DNA of 54,819 nt from Abditibacteriaceae bacterium (GTDB taxonomy: Bacteria > Armatimonadota > Abditibacteriia > Abditibacteriales > Abditibacteriaceae). The notes beneath the pieces were generated by a model. It saw nothing but the letters and a program-made list of their open reading frames with translations, made no database searches and was not told where the DNA came from. Below are positions 28,258 to 37,151 of the stretch, in pieces. Numbering within the stretch: the stretch's first letter is position 1; each line of letters begins with the position of its first letter. The translations under genes and the position numbers were made by a program. The stretch spans positions 1 to 54,819 of the forward strand of contig JANMKN010000291.1 in the NCBI GenBank assembly GCA_031372065.1, in the 5' to 3' direction.

Positions 28258-28743
28258 TTAGTTTTCTTCAAGTTTGCGCAGAAGTTCTAAAGCCGTTTCT
28301 TCGTCTTTAATGCGCCAAAGAGTGAGAAAACGCGGCGGCGCATTGCGGGCATAGCCCAATATCTCCATCAAATCGCCTTTCTCCAATGGCTTGACTTTGG
28401 TTTGTTTGCAGCAGGGAATAATCATCCAATCTTCGAGATTGCCGTAGTCGCGCACGATGTCTTCGGGCTGGATGGCACGCGGATCATTCGCCACCACCAC
28501 CTTGCTGATAATCGCCGAGCGTCCCACCGGCAGAGTTTCGGTTTCGCGCTCATTTTGAGGCTGTTTTTCGACACTCGCGATCTGTTCGTCCTCAATCACA
28601 GCATAAGCCGATTCATAAATGAAAACGACATCGCCGCGCCGGGGCAGATTCTTGCGCGTGCCCCTTTTATAGAACACATTGCGCTCCGGTGAATCCGGCG
28701 CATCATGGCTCGGCCAATGCGTGGTTATCCAATAATCTGGCAT
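28258..28743 (-). CDS. Hypothetical protein, EVE/PUA-like fold suspected
   Basis: N-terminal YW, GDVVFIYES and G..IISKVVV..P pattern; AAGGAG RBS. Confidence 0.55.
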   Translation of the reverse strand: MPDYWITTHWPSHDAPDSPERNVFYKRGTRKNLPRRGDVVFIYESAYAVIEDEQIASVEKQPQNERETETLPVGRSAIISKVVVANDPRAIQPEDIVRDYGNLEDWMIIPCCKQTKVKPLEKGDLMEILGYARNAPPRFLTLWRIKDEETALELLRKLEEN

Positions 28744-28784
28744 CCAAAACTCCTTCTACAACATCAACCGGACTACAAAAAACA

Positions 28785-29495
28785 CTAACGAGCCAATTGC
28801 AAAATTTGCGGCTTCAAAATCGAAAGCCACAACTTGTAGCCTTCATCGTTGAGATGCAAGCCATCAGCGCGCAGAATTTCGGGGCGCGGCTTGCCATCGG
28901 CACTGAGCAATTTGGCGTGCGAGTCGAGAAACGAAAGTTTGCCGTTTTTGCCGTCGTTTTCGCGGATAAAAGTTTCAATCAGGCGATTGGTTTCCAGCAC
29001 GTTAACTTCCTGAGGCCAACGCGACACACTGGGATTGATGGAAATGTAAGCAAGTCGCGTTGCGGGCAGAAAAATCCGCACCAGCGACGACAATTGCCGA
29101 AAATCGGCGAAAACCTGCTCTGGCGTTTTCTTGGCGTTCAGGTCATTGCCGCCCGCGTAAAAGACGATCATTTTGGGCTTGTAAGGCAGCACGATGCGAT
29201 CAAAATAAAACACGCTATCGCTGATTTGCGAACCACCGAAACCGCGATTGATCACTTGCAATTCGGGGAAATCTTCCTTGAGCCTTGTCCACAAACGAAT
29301 GCTGGAACTTCCCAAAAACAAAACGCCGTTTGGCGGCGGCATTTGCTTTTTATCGGCGGCTTCAAAGGCCTCGATTTCGTTGATGAATGGCAACGTTTTA
29401 ACTTCGGGCGTCGCTGTTTTTTCCGGCGCAGTTTGCGCGCAAATCGGCAACGCTAAAGTCGCCACGCAACCAAGTAAAATCCAAAGCTTTTTCAT
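28785..29495 (-). CDS. GDSL/SGNH esterase-lipase, secreted
   Basis: FLGSSSIRLW; NRGFGGS; YAGGND; DGLHLN. Confidence 0.92.
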   Translation of the reverse strand: MKKLWILLGCVATLALPICAQTAPEKTATPEVKTLPFINEIEAFEAADKKQMPPPNGVLFLGSSSIRLWTRLKEDFPELQVINRGFGGSQISDSVFYFDRIVLPYKPKMIVFYAGGNDLNAKKTPEQVFADFRQLSSLVRIFLPATRLAYISINPSVSRWPQEVNVLETNRLIETFIRENDGKNGKLSFLDSHAKLLSADGKPRPEILRADGLHLNDEGYKLWLSILKPQILQLAR

Positions 29496-30481
29496 ATTTG
29501 ACTCCAATCGAAAACGACTCCCAAAACATCCGGCGCGTTGGCGGCCAATTTGGGGTAAATCTGTGGCGCCTCGCTAACCGGCAACAAGTGCGTCACTAAT
29601 TCGCGGAAGCGCAGTTTTCCCTGACTCATCAACGTTAAACATTGCGCGGTTTCGCCTGAATCAAAGCCGCAGGTAATGGCAATGGTCGGGCGCTTGCCGT
29701 GCGTGGCGTGAAAGTCGTAGGTAATAGGTTGAGGATACCAACCTTGCAGCAAAAGTTGTCCTTGGCCGCGCAAAAGTTCGATGCACGGCGCGAATTGCTC
29801 GGCGCGGCCCGTTGTTTCGATAATCACATCAGCGCCTGCCGGTTTAATTTTGCGCACGACTTCGCCCAAGTTTTCCTTTGTGACATTGACGGCGTAATCC
29901 GCGCCGGTTTGCCTGCTTAAAGCCAAACGCGGCGTGTTGATGTCAGCGACAACTACCGTCGCGCCACGCAAACGCGCCAACTGCGCGCTGCCCTGCCCGA
30001 TTAAGCCTTGACCTGTCACCACAACGAGGTCGCCGATTTTCACATCGAGCATATTGATGCCGCGCAAACTAACAGCGGGCAAGGCCGACAGCGCCGCCGC
30101 AATCGGATCGCAACCAGTGGGCAAAATCAGCGGCGCTTTATCACCTCGCGCTGGCACAAGTGCCTGCCCGACGTGTGCGCCCATCCACGTTTTGGGAAAT
30201 TCATCTGCCAGGCGACTGGTGGCAAACATCACGCGCTGCCCGATTTCGTAACCCGTCGCGCCCGCGCCGATTTCTTCAATCACGCCGACGGATTGATAAC
30301 CCGGCACCGTCGGAAACTTGATTTCGGGCCGCTGTCCGATGAGTGCCCAAATTTCGGTGCCTTGCGAGACGCCTGAATGCTCCGTGCGAATCCGCAATTC
30401 GCCCTCGCCCAACGCGGGCACTTCGTAACTTTGCACTTCCACTTCGTTGACGGTGGGGAAAACAATCGCTTGTGCTTTCAT
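29492..30481 (-). CDS. Zinc-binding (MDR) dehydrogenase
   Basis: Start MKAQAIVF; SGVSQGTE; PGYQSVG; GQGLIG. Confidence 0.85.
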   Translation of the reverse strand: MKAQAIVFPTVNEVEVQSYEVPALGEGELRIRTEHSGVSQGTEIWALIGQRPEIKFPTVPGYQSVGVIEEIGAGATGYEIGQRVMFATSRLADEFPKTWMGAHVGQALVPARGDKAPLILPTGCDPIAAALSALPAVSLRGINMLDVKIGDLVVVTGQGLIGQGSAQLARLRGATVVVADINTPRLALSRQTGADYAVNVTKENLGEVVRKIKPAGADVIIETTGRAEQFAPCIELLRGQGQLLLQGWYPQPITYDFHATHGKRPTIAITCGFDSGETAQCLTLMSQGKLRFRELVTHLLPVSEAPQIYPKLAANAPDVLGVVFDWSQI

Positions 30482-30624
30482 GGTCTGGGAAAAATATAAC
30501 CGAAGTAGAGAAACTCCTCGCGGCCAAAGGTTCTCCACTTGGTTCGTGTTTTGTAAAGTGTTTTCTTAATCCTAACCCGATTTCATAAGAACGCCCGCGA
30601 GATTTATGTGCCGAAGAGAAATTT

Positions 30625-31137
30625 ATGTTTAACCCGTTCAAAAAGAAAGAAAGCGCGCCTGAATTGCCCGCCGTGACTTCGCTGCCACCCGACCTTGAAA
30701 TGCGCGCCGACCAGATGCGCGCAGGCGTCGAAAAGATGGTGGCGTTTTTACAGTTCATGCCCGCCGCCGATGACGACGCCATCGAACAGATTCTGCGGCA
30801 AAGCGGTTTGTCGGAAAATCAAGCGACGAAACTGATTCAATTCGTGCCGATTGCCTTCACGCGCTTTTTGTTTCGCGACAGCGGCGTGCAATTCGCGCCT
30901 AATTATGTGTTGGTGAACGACAAAATGCAGCCGCTCGGCCAGCATCCCATCGCCGAAGTGGTGACCTACAGCGAAGCGTGGAAATTTTGCGAAGAAGCCG
31001 CCGCCAAAGGCAAAGGCGACGATTATTTTCATCCCATCGCCGCGCGCAGCGGCGGTTATGGCGCCATTAAACAACTCGTAGACCAAGGCTCGAACCTCTC
31101 CGGCATGATCACCAGCCCGCCGATAATGTTTGCTTAA
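30625..31137 (+). CDS. Hypothetical protein
   Basis: 170-aa ORF with typical codon usage, followed in tandem by the CAP gene. Confidence 0.75.
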   Translation: MFNPFKKKESAPELPAVTSLPPDLEMRADQMRAGVEKMVAFLQFMPAADDDAIEQILRQSGLSENQATKLIQFVPIAFTRFLFRDSGVQFAPNYVLVNDKMQPLGQHPIAEVVTYSEAWKFCEEAAAKGKGDDYFHPIAARSGGYGAIKQLVDQGSNLSGMITSPPIMFA

Positions 31138-31142
31138 ACTCC

Positions 31143-31715
31143 ATGTCCGATACCAATCAACCATTTACGGCACCGCCCGGCTCGCGGATTTCCGGTTATA
31201 AACCGGCGCCCGGTTCGCGCTTGGCGCAAAACGATAAAGAGCTTTTACAACTCGAAAACTACATGGTCGAAAAGGTAAATCACGAGCGCGTTTTGCTCGG
31301 TTTTACGCCGCTTATTAAAGACCCACTCTTGGCGGCGGTGTCGCGCGCGCATTCCAGCGAAATGCGCTATTTGAATTACTTCGCGCACGAATCGCCTTCG
31401 CCCGCCTTGAAAACCATTACAGATCGTTATTTGTTGGCTTATGGCGTAAATCCGCGCTATATTGCCGAAAATATCGCCTACCAAACGTTGCGCGCGTGGT
31501 TTGGGCGCGATGACGCGATGGAAAATCTGCTGCGCCGTCATCTCAAGAAGCCGTTAGTTCCCACAACGCAAGATATAGATTCCGCGCACGAGGGTTTAAT
31601 GCACTCGCCCGGCCATCGCGACAATATTTTAAGCCCCGAACCGACTCACATCGGCATTGGCCTCATTTCCGATAAAGGCCAAATCTGGTTGACGCAAATG
31701 TTTTCCTGCCCCTGA
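31143..31715 (+). CDS. CAP (SCP-like) domain protein
   Basis: VNHER; SRAHSSEM...YFAHESP; AENIA; LMHSPGHRDNIL. Confidence 0.9.
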   Translation: MSDTNQPFTAPPGSRISGYKPAPGSRLAQNDKELLQLENYMVEKVNHERVLLGFTPLIKDPLLAAVSRAHSSEMRYLNYFAHESPSPALKTITDRYLLAYGVNPRYIAENIAYQTLRAWFGRDDAMENLLRRHLKKPLVPTTQDIDSAHEGLMHSPGHRDNILSPEPTHIGIGLISDKGQIWLTQMFSCP

Positions 31716-31753
31716 CTGACGCTGGCATATAATACTAATTGAAGGTGATTTGC

Positions 31754-32326
31754 ATGAAAGATTTAATGCGTTGGAAGGAGCCTCGCGCCGCACTTAAAGC
31801 GGAATCGGCGTTATTCAAATTCAAGCCGAACGTATTCCATTTTTTTCTTGGTGCGTGGCTACTGTGGATTTTATACAGCGGCTTTCGCACCCACTTCGCA
31901 GCATGGCACTTTGGTGTTTCCTCCATCTTTTCGTGGAGTTTCCTCCCTTTATACTGGTTTTTGCTGGCGAAATCTGGAGCTTTCACCAGTTTCGATATTG
32001 CGATGCGCCGCAGAGGAACTCGTGCCTTGACGGAGGAAGGCGTGGCTGTGTCAGCGTTTACTTTTATTCCTTGGCATCAAATTGACAGCTACTCAATTCA
32101 AGACCACTTCACGGGTGCGCCAATACGGGAAGTCCAGATTTTAGAGAAAAGAAAAAAGTGCGAATGGTATGAATTAGATTTAAAGATTCTGGGTGAATAC
32201 CATTTCACATTTGATGCGGACGAAGTGGATGAAGCGCAATTGCGGGACATTTTTGCACAATTCGCTGGTGCTGAACGCGAGAGCACAGAGGCAATCGTCG
32301 ATTGGTTGTGGCTCGCAAGAATGTGA
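31754..32326 (+). CDS. Hypothetical membrane protein (AT-rich)
   Basis: GAAGGTG RBS; two hydrophobic segments followed by a soluble domain. Confidence 0.6.
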   Translation: MKDLMRWKEPRAALKAESALFKFKPNVFHFFLGAWLLWILYSGFRTHFAAWHFGVSSIFSWSFLPLYWFLLAKSGAFTSFDIAMRRRGTRALTEEGVAVSAFTFIPWHQIDSYSIQDHFTGAPIREVQILEKRKKCEWYELDLKILGEYHFTFDADEVDEAQLRDIFAQFAGAERESTEAIVDWLWLARM

Positions 32327-32369
32327 TTTCATCCGATTAAACCGCCAAATTATCGTGTAATTGCCTATC

Positions 32370-32398
32370 TTGACCTTGCTTTTCGCCTCCGCTATAAT
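32370..32398 (+). promoter_or_regulatory. Near-consensus sigma70 promoter upstream of array #3
   Basis: TTGACC (32370-32375) - 17 bp - TATAAT (32393-32398). Confidence 0.75.
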
Positions 32399-32488
32399 TC
32401 TCATCAATTTTCCCTGAATCGTGCGCCCGGAGGGGCGAAATAGGGCGTTCTGAGCGTAAAACGTCCTCGGCAGAAGCGAAAAACCGCA

Positions 32489-32761
32489 CGGCATTCAGCG
32501 ATTTGCCATCGGCTTTCAGCGAAAGCCGACGACATTTCAGTAATCGCCGATGATATTTCGGTGAAAGCCGATGATATTTCAGCGATTTGCCATCGGCTTT
32601 CGGTAACTGCCGATGATATTTCGGTGAGCGCCGACGATATTTCGGTGAGCGCCGCGCGGCTTTTGATAAATGCAAGTCGGCTTTCGCTGATTGTAGGTCG
32701 GCTTTTAGTGATAGATGAACGGTTTTCTCTTAATGCAAAGCGGCATTTGACCGCTCGCAGG
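32489..32761. repeat. 21-bp-period degenerate array #3 (13 units)
   Basis: cggctttcagcgaaagccgac, gatatttcggtgaaagccgat, gatatttcggtgagcgccgac etc.; TCGGCTTTC-agc-GAAAGCCGA is a perfect 21-bp palindrome at 32509-32529. Confidence 0.95.
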
Positions 32762-32777
32762 ATATAAAAGGAGATGT

Positions 32778-33416
32778 ATGTCAGATTTTCCCCGTGAACG
32801 GGCCAAGATTTTGGAGTTGGTCCAACATTTTATCAGCGGCATGAGCGAACCGACTCATGTCAGCGCCTTTACCAATTCGCCGGTGACGGTAGCGCAACTC
32901 AATACCGCTATTGACGGCACAGCAACCACGCTTAACGCACGGCAACTCGCGCAATTTGCGCTCGATAACGCCATCACCGACGATCAAGAGGCGATTGACG
33001 TCCTCATCGCCTTGATGCAGCAGATCATTAGCTTTGCCCGTGAAAAAGAGAAAACTGTCCCCGAAATTCTCCACTGGCTTAACTACCAAGAAAGCGAACC
33101 GAACCTCTTGCCGCCCGGTATGTGTCGCCACTTTGAATTAGTCAAGCGCACGCCGGGACTTTTGCATCTCGATTGGAAAGGCCCCAAATTCGGCACCGAT
33201 ATATCCGAGGGCGAAGGCGGACGCGCCAAATATTACGAAGTGGTGTGGCGCGAAAATCCCACGCAAGATTGGAAAGTTGTCTCCATCGCTTTACTCAGCG
33301 AAGCGCAAATTTCGCTGGCCCAATGGACGACAGGCACCACCTTTGAAATCAGCGTGCGCGGCGTCAATAAACAAGACGCTGGCATCGTCGCACCCTCCAT
33401 TACGATTGTGGTGTAA
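32778..33416 (+). CDS. N-terminal helical domain plus fibronectin type III-like domain protein, array-associated
   Basis: AAGGAG RBS; FP..F..SPVT..L helical N-terminal part; FN3 pattern PPG...LDWKGP...YEVVWR...FEISVRGVN; no signal peptide. Confidence 0.85.
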   Translation: MSDFPRERAKILELVQHFISGMSEPTHVSAFTNSPVTVAQLNTAIDGTATTLNARQLAQFALDNAITDDQEAIDVLIALMQQIISFAREKEKTVPEILHWLNYQESEPNLLPPGMCRHFELVKRTPGLLHLDWKGPKFGTDISEGEGGRAKYYEVVWRENPTQDWKVVSIALLSEAQISLAQWTTGTTFEISVRGVNKQDAGIVAPSITIVV

Positions 33417-33433
33417 AACAGCCTCTGCACAGA

Positions 33434-33473
33434 AAAAGGCACAAAGAGTTACGCTCTTTGTGCCTTTTGGTTT
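33434..33473. terminator. Bidirectional intrinsic terminator
   Basis: AAAAGGCACAAAGAG-ttacg-CTCTTTGTGCCTTTT, a 15-bp perfect stem between convergent genes. Confidence 0.85.
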
Positions 33474-33493
33474 TGCGGAGCGCTCACTAACCC

Positions 33494-36400
33494 TCACTCC
33501 ACCAAACGCGCGTTTTTGATTTTGTAGCTGGTGCCCAGCGCGTTGCTGCCGAAACCAAGCAGGCGATATTCATCGCCGTGCAAAGCGCCGAGCGTGAGGG
33601 CGTCCACTTTCCATTCGGCAGCGTTGGGATAGCGTTTTTGCAGCGCCGCGCCTAAATTAATGGTCACTTTTTGCCAACTGCCGGGCATATCTTGTATCGT
33701 GGCGATTTGCTTGACATCACCGAGCGATTGCACCCGCGCGTCGCGTTCGGCGTCGGCTGTCAGCGGCAGAAAATTCATGTCATCGCCGATGGTGGCATAG
33801 AAATCAACTTTCGCGTTGCCGGGTTGCCATTCCCATTCGAGTTTGGTTTGCGGCGTGACGGTTACCGGATTATAACCTTCCGGCGAAGTGCCGGGTTTGA
33901 CCAAATCAACGGCGAACGTGCCCCCCGCTGTCGGATTGCTCACCGTCCAGATGCCTTCGGCGCTGTCGAGACTGGCGGACGGCAAATCGTCGGTCATTTC
34001 GGGGCGCGGCAAAAGCGCGCCGGGGCCGGACGCGACTTCGGCAGGGCCGGGCACGGCGGCATCAAGCAAACCCGATGGCAAAGTTTTCAGGCCCATCGAA
34101 GCGCTTTCGATTTTGGCGCGGGCGATCATCATGGCGCTGTCCACCGTCCAAAAGGCGACTTGCCCGCCGGTTTTCACCAGCGGCAGCGGGTCGGCGTCGA
34201 AGTATTCCATCAATTTGGTGTCGTCCACGCTGAGGCGCAATAATACGCCCGCCTGACCGTTTTGTGTGGCACGACGTGCTTCGGCGCGAATGTAAAACCA
34301 GCGCTTGTGGAAACTCAAGTTCTGATTCATCGGTTTTTCAAAACGCGCGTTTTCGGTTTCGTTGATCGCCACTTGCTGCGTGCCCTTGAGGATTTTGCTG
34401 ATGGTGTTGTTCCAACCCGCCACCACAAACGAATAGCCGGACGAGGGATTTTTGCCGTCGCCGAGCATGGTGATATTCAGGTTGCCCGGATTGGAATAGC
34501 CAATTTCTTTGGGCAAGTCCATTTGGTTGTTGGCGTAGATTTCCACCACCGTATCAAGGCCGTAACTGCGTTTGCTCCACAAAATCGGACTCTTGCCTTT
34601 GCCGCCGAAAAACGACCAGTCGGAATAGCAAGGCCAGCGCGAAATCACGGCCCAGTTGCCTTGCACCGAATACCAGTCGGTGGGCGCTTCGGTGAAGGTG
34701 TAATCGTCGCGATTGGCGCTAAAAGCACGAATGTCGCGGGTGCGCACAATCGAACCCGTTGAACGCGCCGCGAAGTGCGTGCCCTGCGGCACAGCTTCGG
34801 CTTCATCGGCGACATAACTCATCACCGGCTTGTCGCTGACATACAACAAAATGCCGCGTCCTTCGAGATTGACTTTCAAAGGCACGCCGGTCAGCGCTGT
34901 GGTTTCTTCTGTAGCCGCAGGCGTGCCGGCAGGAGACGCATCGGGGACTTCAATCAGACTTTTCGGACTGAGGTCAGCCTTTTTCAAGGTAGCAGCGCCA
35001 TGCAGCAGCGTGACTCGCACGCCGGTTTGCTTGCCCAAACCTTCCAAACGCAACACATAACCGCTATCGAATTTGCCTTTTTCGGCGCGCAACGCGAATT
35101 CGAGTTTCTGACCTTCGGCGGTAGCGCGGCGCCAGCGATATTCGAGCGAGGCATCGCCGAAAAATTCGCCGGTGTTCCAAAATTCGCGCAGGCCGGAATC
35201 GCCGGTGACCGTCGGCCATTCGCCAGCGGGCGAGGCCCAGCCGACCATCAACGCATCTTCGGCCATTTTGGGCGCGACTTTGGTCGGTTCAGGCGGCGGC
35301 GGGAAAAACATCACCGGATCGCGATATTGCGTGGTCGTAAGGCCTTGTGCATAAACACCTGGACGGCCCGGCGTGATGTCTTCATCGGCGCGCTGCGCGA
35401 TGAGTTTATCGCCGACATAAACGGCAAAAGCGCCCGGCACCACGCGCATTCGCACCGGCACAAAACCATCGGGCGAGGCGGCATTGAAAAGCGCTACCGG
35501 CTCGTCGCGCACGATTTGCGCTTTGCCGCCGCGAAAAGTCAGAATCTGCTGCCGTCCTTTATAAGGCAGGGCGCTTTTTTCGCCCGCCCAGCGAAAAACG
35601 GTGTAGTTTCCCGTATCGCGATAGCCCGCGACGATGCCCGCCGCGCCGCCATCGCCAGAGCGCGCCGCCACGCTGAAATCGTAACTGGGCCAATCGCTGC
35701 GCCCCGTCAAATAAACGCGCGTGGCGCCTTTGTCTTCTTTGGTCGGCGAGGAGGCCAAGGTGCCGCTTTCGTTGCCCGCCAACGGTGCCCAACTGCCGCC
35801 CACTTCTTCCCACGCGCCGCTGACAGCGCCGGTGAAATCAAGGCGATAATAATCGTAAGAACGCACGCGCAAATCATCAAAGTTGGCAGCGGCCATGTTT
35901 TGCGCAATCAGGCCCACGCCGCCCTGCCCAAACGAATCGTCGCGCACCTTAAAAACCAACGCGCCATCAATAAACGCTTCCACAAAGCCGGGCGAAGTCC
36001 GCACACCAAGGCGATACCATTGGCGCGGCAAAAAAGCGCCGGGCGCGCGGTCTATAATTGTCGCTTTGCCATCTTCCACGCGCACTAATTGGCGCGCTTG
36101 CGGGCCTTCAGTGGCGTTCCAAGTGAAAGCCAAATAATTTTTCGCGTCTTGAATATAAACAGCCAGACCAATCGCGCCGCGCCCGGACGGACGCACCGAA
36201 ATCTGCGCCTCGTAGTTGTCCCAAAAACGCGATTTTTTCGGCTCGATATAAGCCAGTGCCGCTCCGGTTGGCGTTTCGGCCAAATACGAAAACGGATTGG
36301 CGCTCATTTCGACGTTTTTCTGCGAAATGTTGTCGGTGGTGGCGGTCAGCATCCATTTGCCGCCGCTGTTTTGCCAATCATTGCCTTGTCCGGCGGCGCG

Positions 36401-36877
36401 GGTGTAATCGTCGTTATAAAAAATCTGCTGTTCAACGGGCTGCACACGCGGCTCTGTCCATTTCCAACCGGCGCTCGCCAAACTGCCGATGCGCCCTTTG
36501 GTGAGATTACCATCGTAAGCCGTCAAAATCACGCGCCTGTCCACAAGAACTTGCATTGCCCACGGACGGCGCTTGATCGTTACTTTGGGATTGGGCGACC
36601 AATCTAATTTCGCCGTCGCCAAACGCTGTGGCTGGCCTTTGATAACAGCACGCAACGCCGCCGAATCGGGCATCAGTTCCAGCGAATAAAAGTTGAGATT
36701 ATCCTGCCAGTCGAAAACCACCGTCAACCCGCCGCGCGCCTGCGTTTGCAGGTTGAACGACACGTCCACATGAGGCTCGGCCTCGTCGTCGAGGAATTCA
36801 TACGTCGCTGCCCGCGCACTAAACGGCGCCAGCAGCAGCAATCCAAAAACAGCCAACAAAAATTTCAATCGTCGCAT
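33494..36877 (-). CDS. Large secreted protein with repeated LamG/DUF1080-like beta-sandwich domains
   Basis: Signal peptide from ATG 36877; repeated W..Y....V / GxVGL / FDD.RV motifs. Confidence 0.75.
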   Translation of the reverse strand: MRRLKFLLAVFGLLLLAPFSARAATYEFLDDEAEPHVDVSFNLQTQARGGLTVVFDWQDNLNFYSLELMPDSAALRAVIKGQPQRLATAKLDWSPNPKVTIKRRPWAMQVLVDRRVILTAYDGNLTKGRIGSLASAGWKWTEPRVQPVEQQIFYNDDYTRAAGQGNDWQNSGGKWMLTATTDNISQKNVEMSANPFSYLAETPTGAALAYIEPKKSRFWDNYEAQISVRPSGRGAIGLAVYIQDAKNYLAFTWNATEGPQARQLVRVEDGKATIIDRAPGAFLPRQWYRLGVRTSPGFVEAFIDGALVFKVRDDSFGQGGVGLIAQNMAAANFDDLRVRSYDYYRLDFTGAVSGAWEEVGGSWAPLAGNESGTLASSPTKEDKGATRVYLTGRSDWPSYDFSVAARSGDGGAAGIVAGYRDTGNYTVFRWAGEKSALPYKGRQQILTFRGGKAQIVRDEPVALFNAASPDGFVPVRMRVVPGAFAVYVGDKLIAQRADEDITPGRPGVYAQGLTTTQYRDPVMFFPPPPEPTKVAPKMAEDALMVGWASPAGEWPTVTGDSGLREFWNTGEFFGDASLEYRWRRATAEGQKLEFALRAEKGKFDSGYVLRLEGLGKQTGVRVTLLHGAATLKKADLSPKSLIEVPDASPAGTPAATEETTALTGVPLKVNLEGRGILLYVSDKPVMSYVADEAEAVPQGTHFAARSTGSIVRTRDIRAFSANRDDYTFTEAPTDWYSVQGNWAVISRWPCYSDWSFFGGKGKSPILWSKRSYGLDTVVEIYANNQMDLPKEIGYSNPGNLNITMLGDGKNPSSGYSFVVAGWNNTISKILKGTQQVAINETENARFEKPMNQNLSFHKRWFYIRAEARRATQNGQAGVLLRLSVDDTKLMEYFDADPLPLVKTGGQVAFWTVDSAMMIARAKIESASMGLKTLPSGLLDAAVPGPAEVASGPGALLPRPEMTDDLPSASLDSAEGIWTVSNPTAGGTFAVDLVKPGTSPEGYNPVTVTPQTKLEWEWQPGNAKVDFYATIGDDMNFLPLTADAERDARVQSLGDVKQIATIQDMPGSWQKVTINLGAALQKRYPNAAEWKVDALTLGALHGDEYRLLGFGSNALGTSYKIKNARLVE

Positions 36878-36974
36878 GAGAAATCGTGAATAGTCAATCG
36901 TGACACTACCAAACCAATCGGCCCGCCTTTTGACAGAAAGCAGCCATAACGGTTCCGACGAAGGCCAAAAGAGA

Positions 36975-37010
36975 GGAACCACGAATGGACACAGAGGTAT
37001 CCGTGGTTCC
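36975..37010. repeat. Short REP-like palindrome
   Basis: GGAACCACG...CGTGGTTCC in the divergent intergenic region. Confidence 0.5.
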
Positions 37011-37151
37011 AAATTCTTAAGGAACATCCATTTGCTATGCGAAACATCAAAAGGGCCGAACGTGTGTTTAACTTATTGAAGGCCCAAAACAAGTGGCCCC
37101 GATTACTTTTCAAATCGCGCTGCACTCACACGCGATTTTTGATGTTTCACT

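Noticed and set aside
32370..33416. Classical type III toxin-antitoxin locus (ToxIN/CptIN/TenpIN)
   Set aside because: The units are shorter and more degenerate than known antitoxin repeats, no terminator separates array and gene, and the protein looks helical+FN3 rather than ToxN-like.
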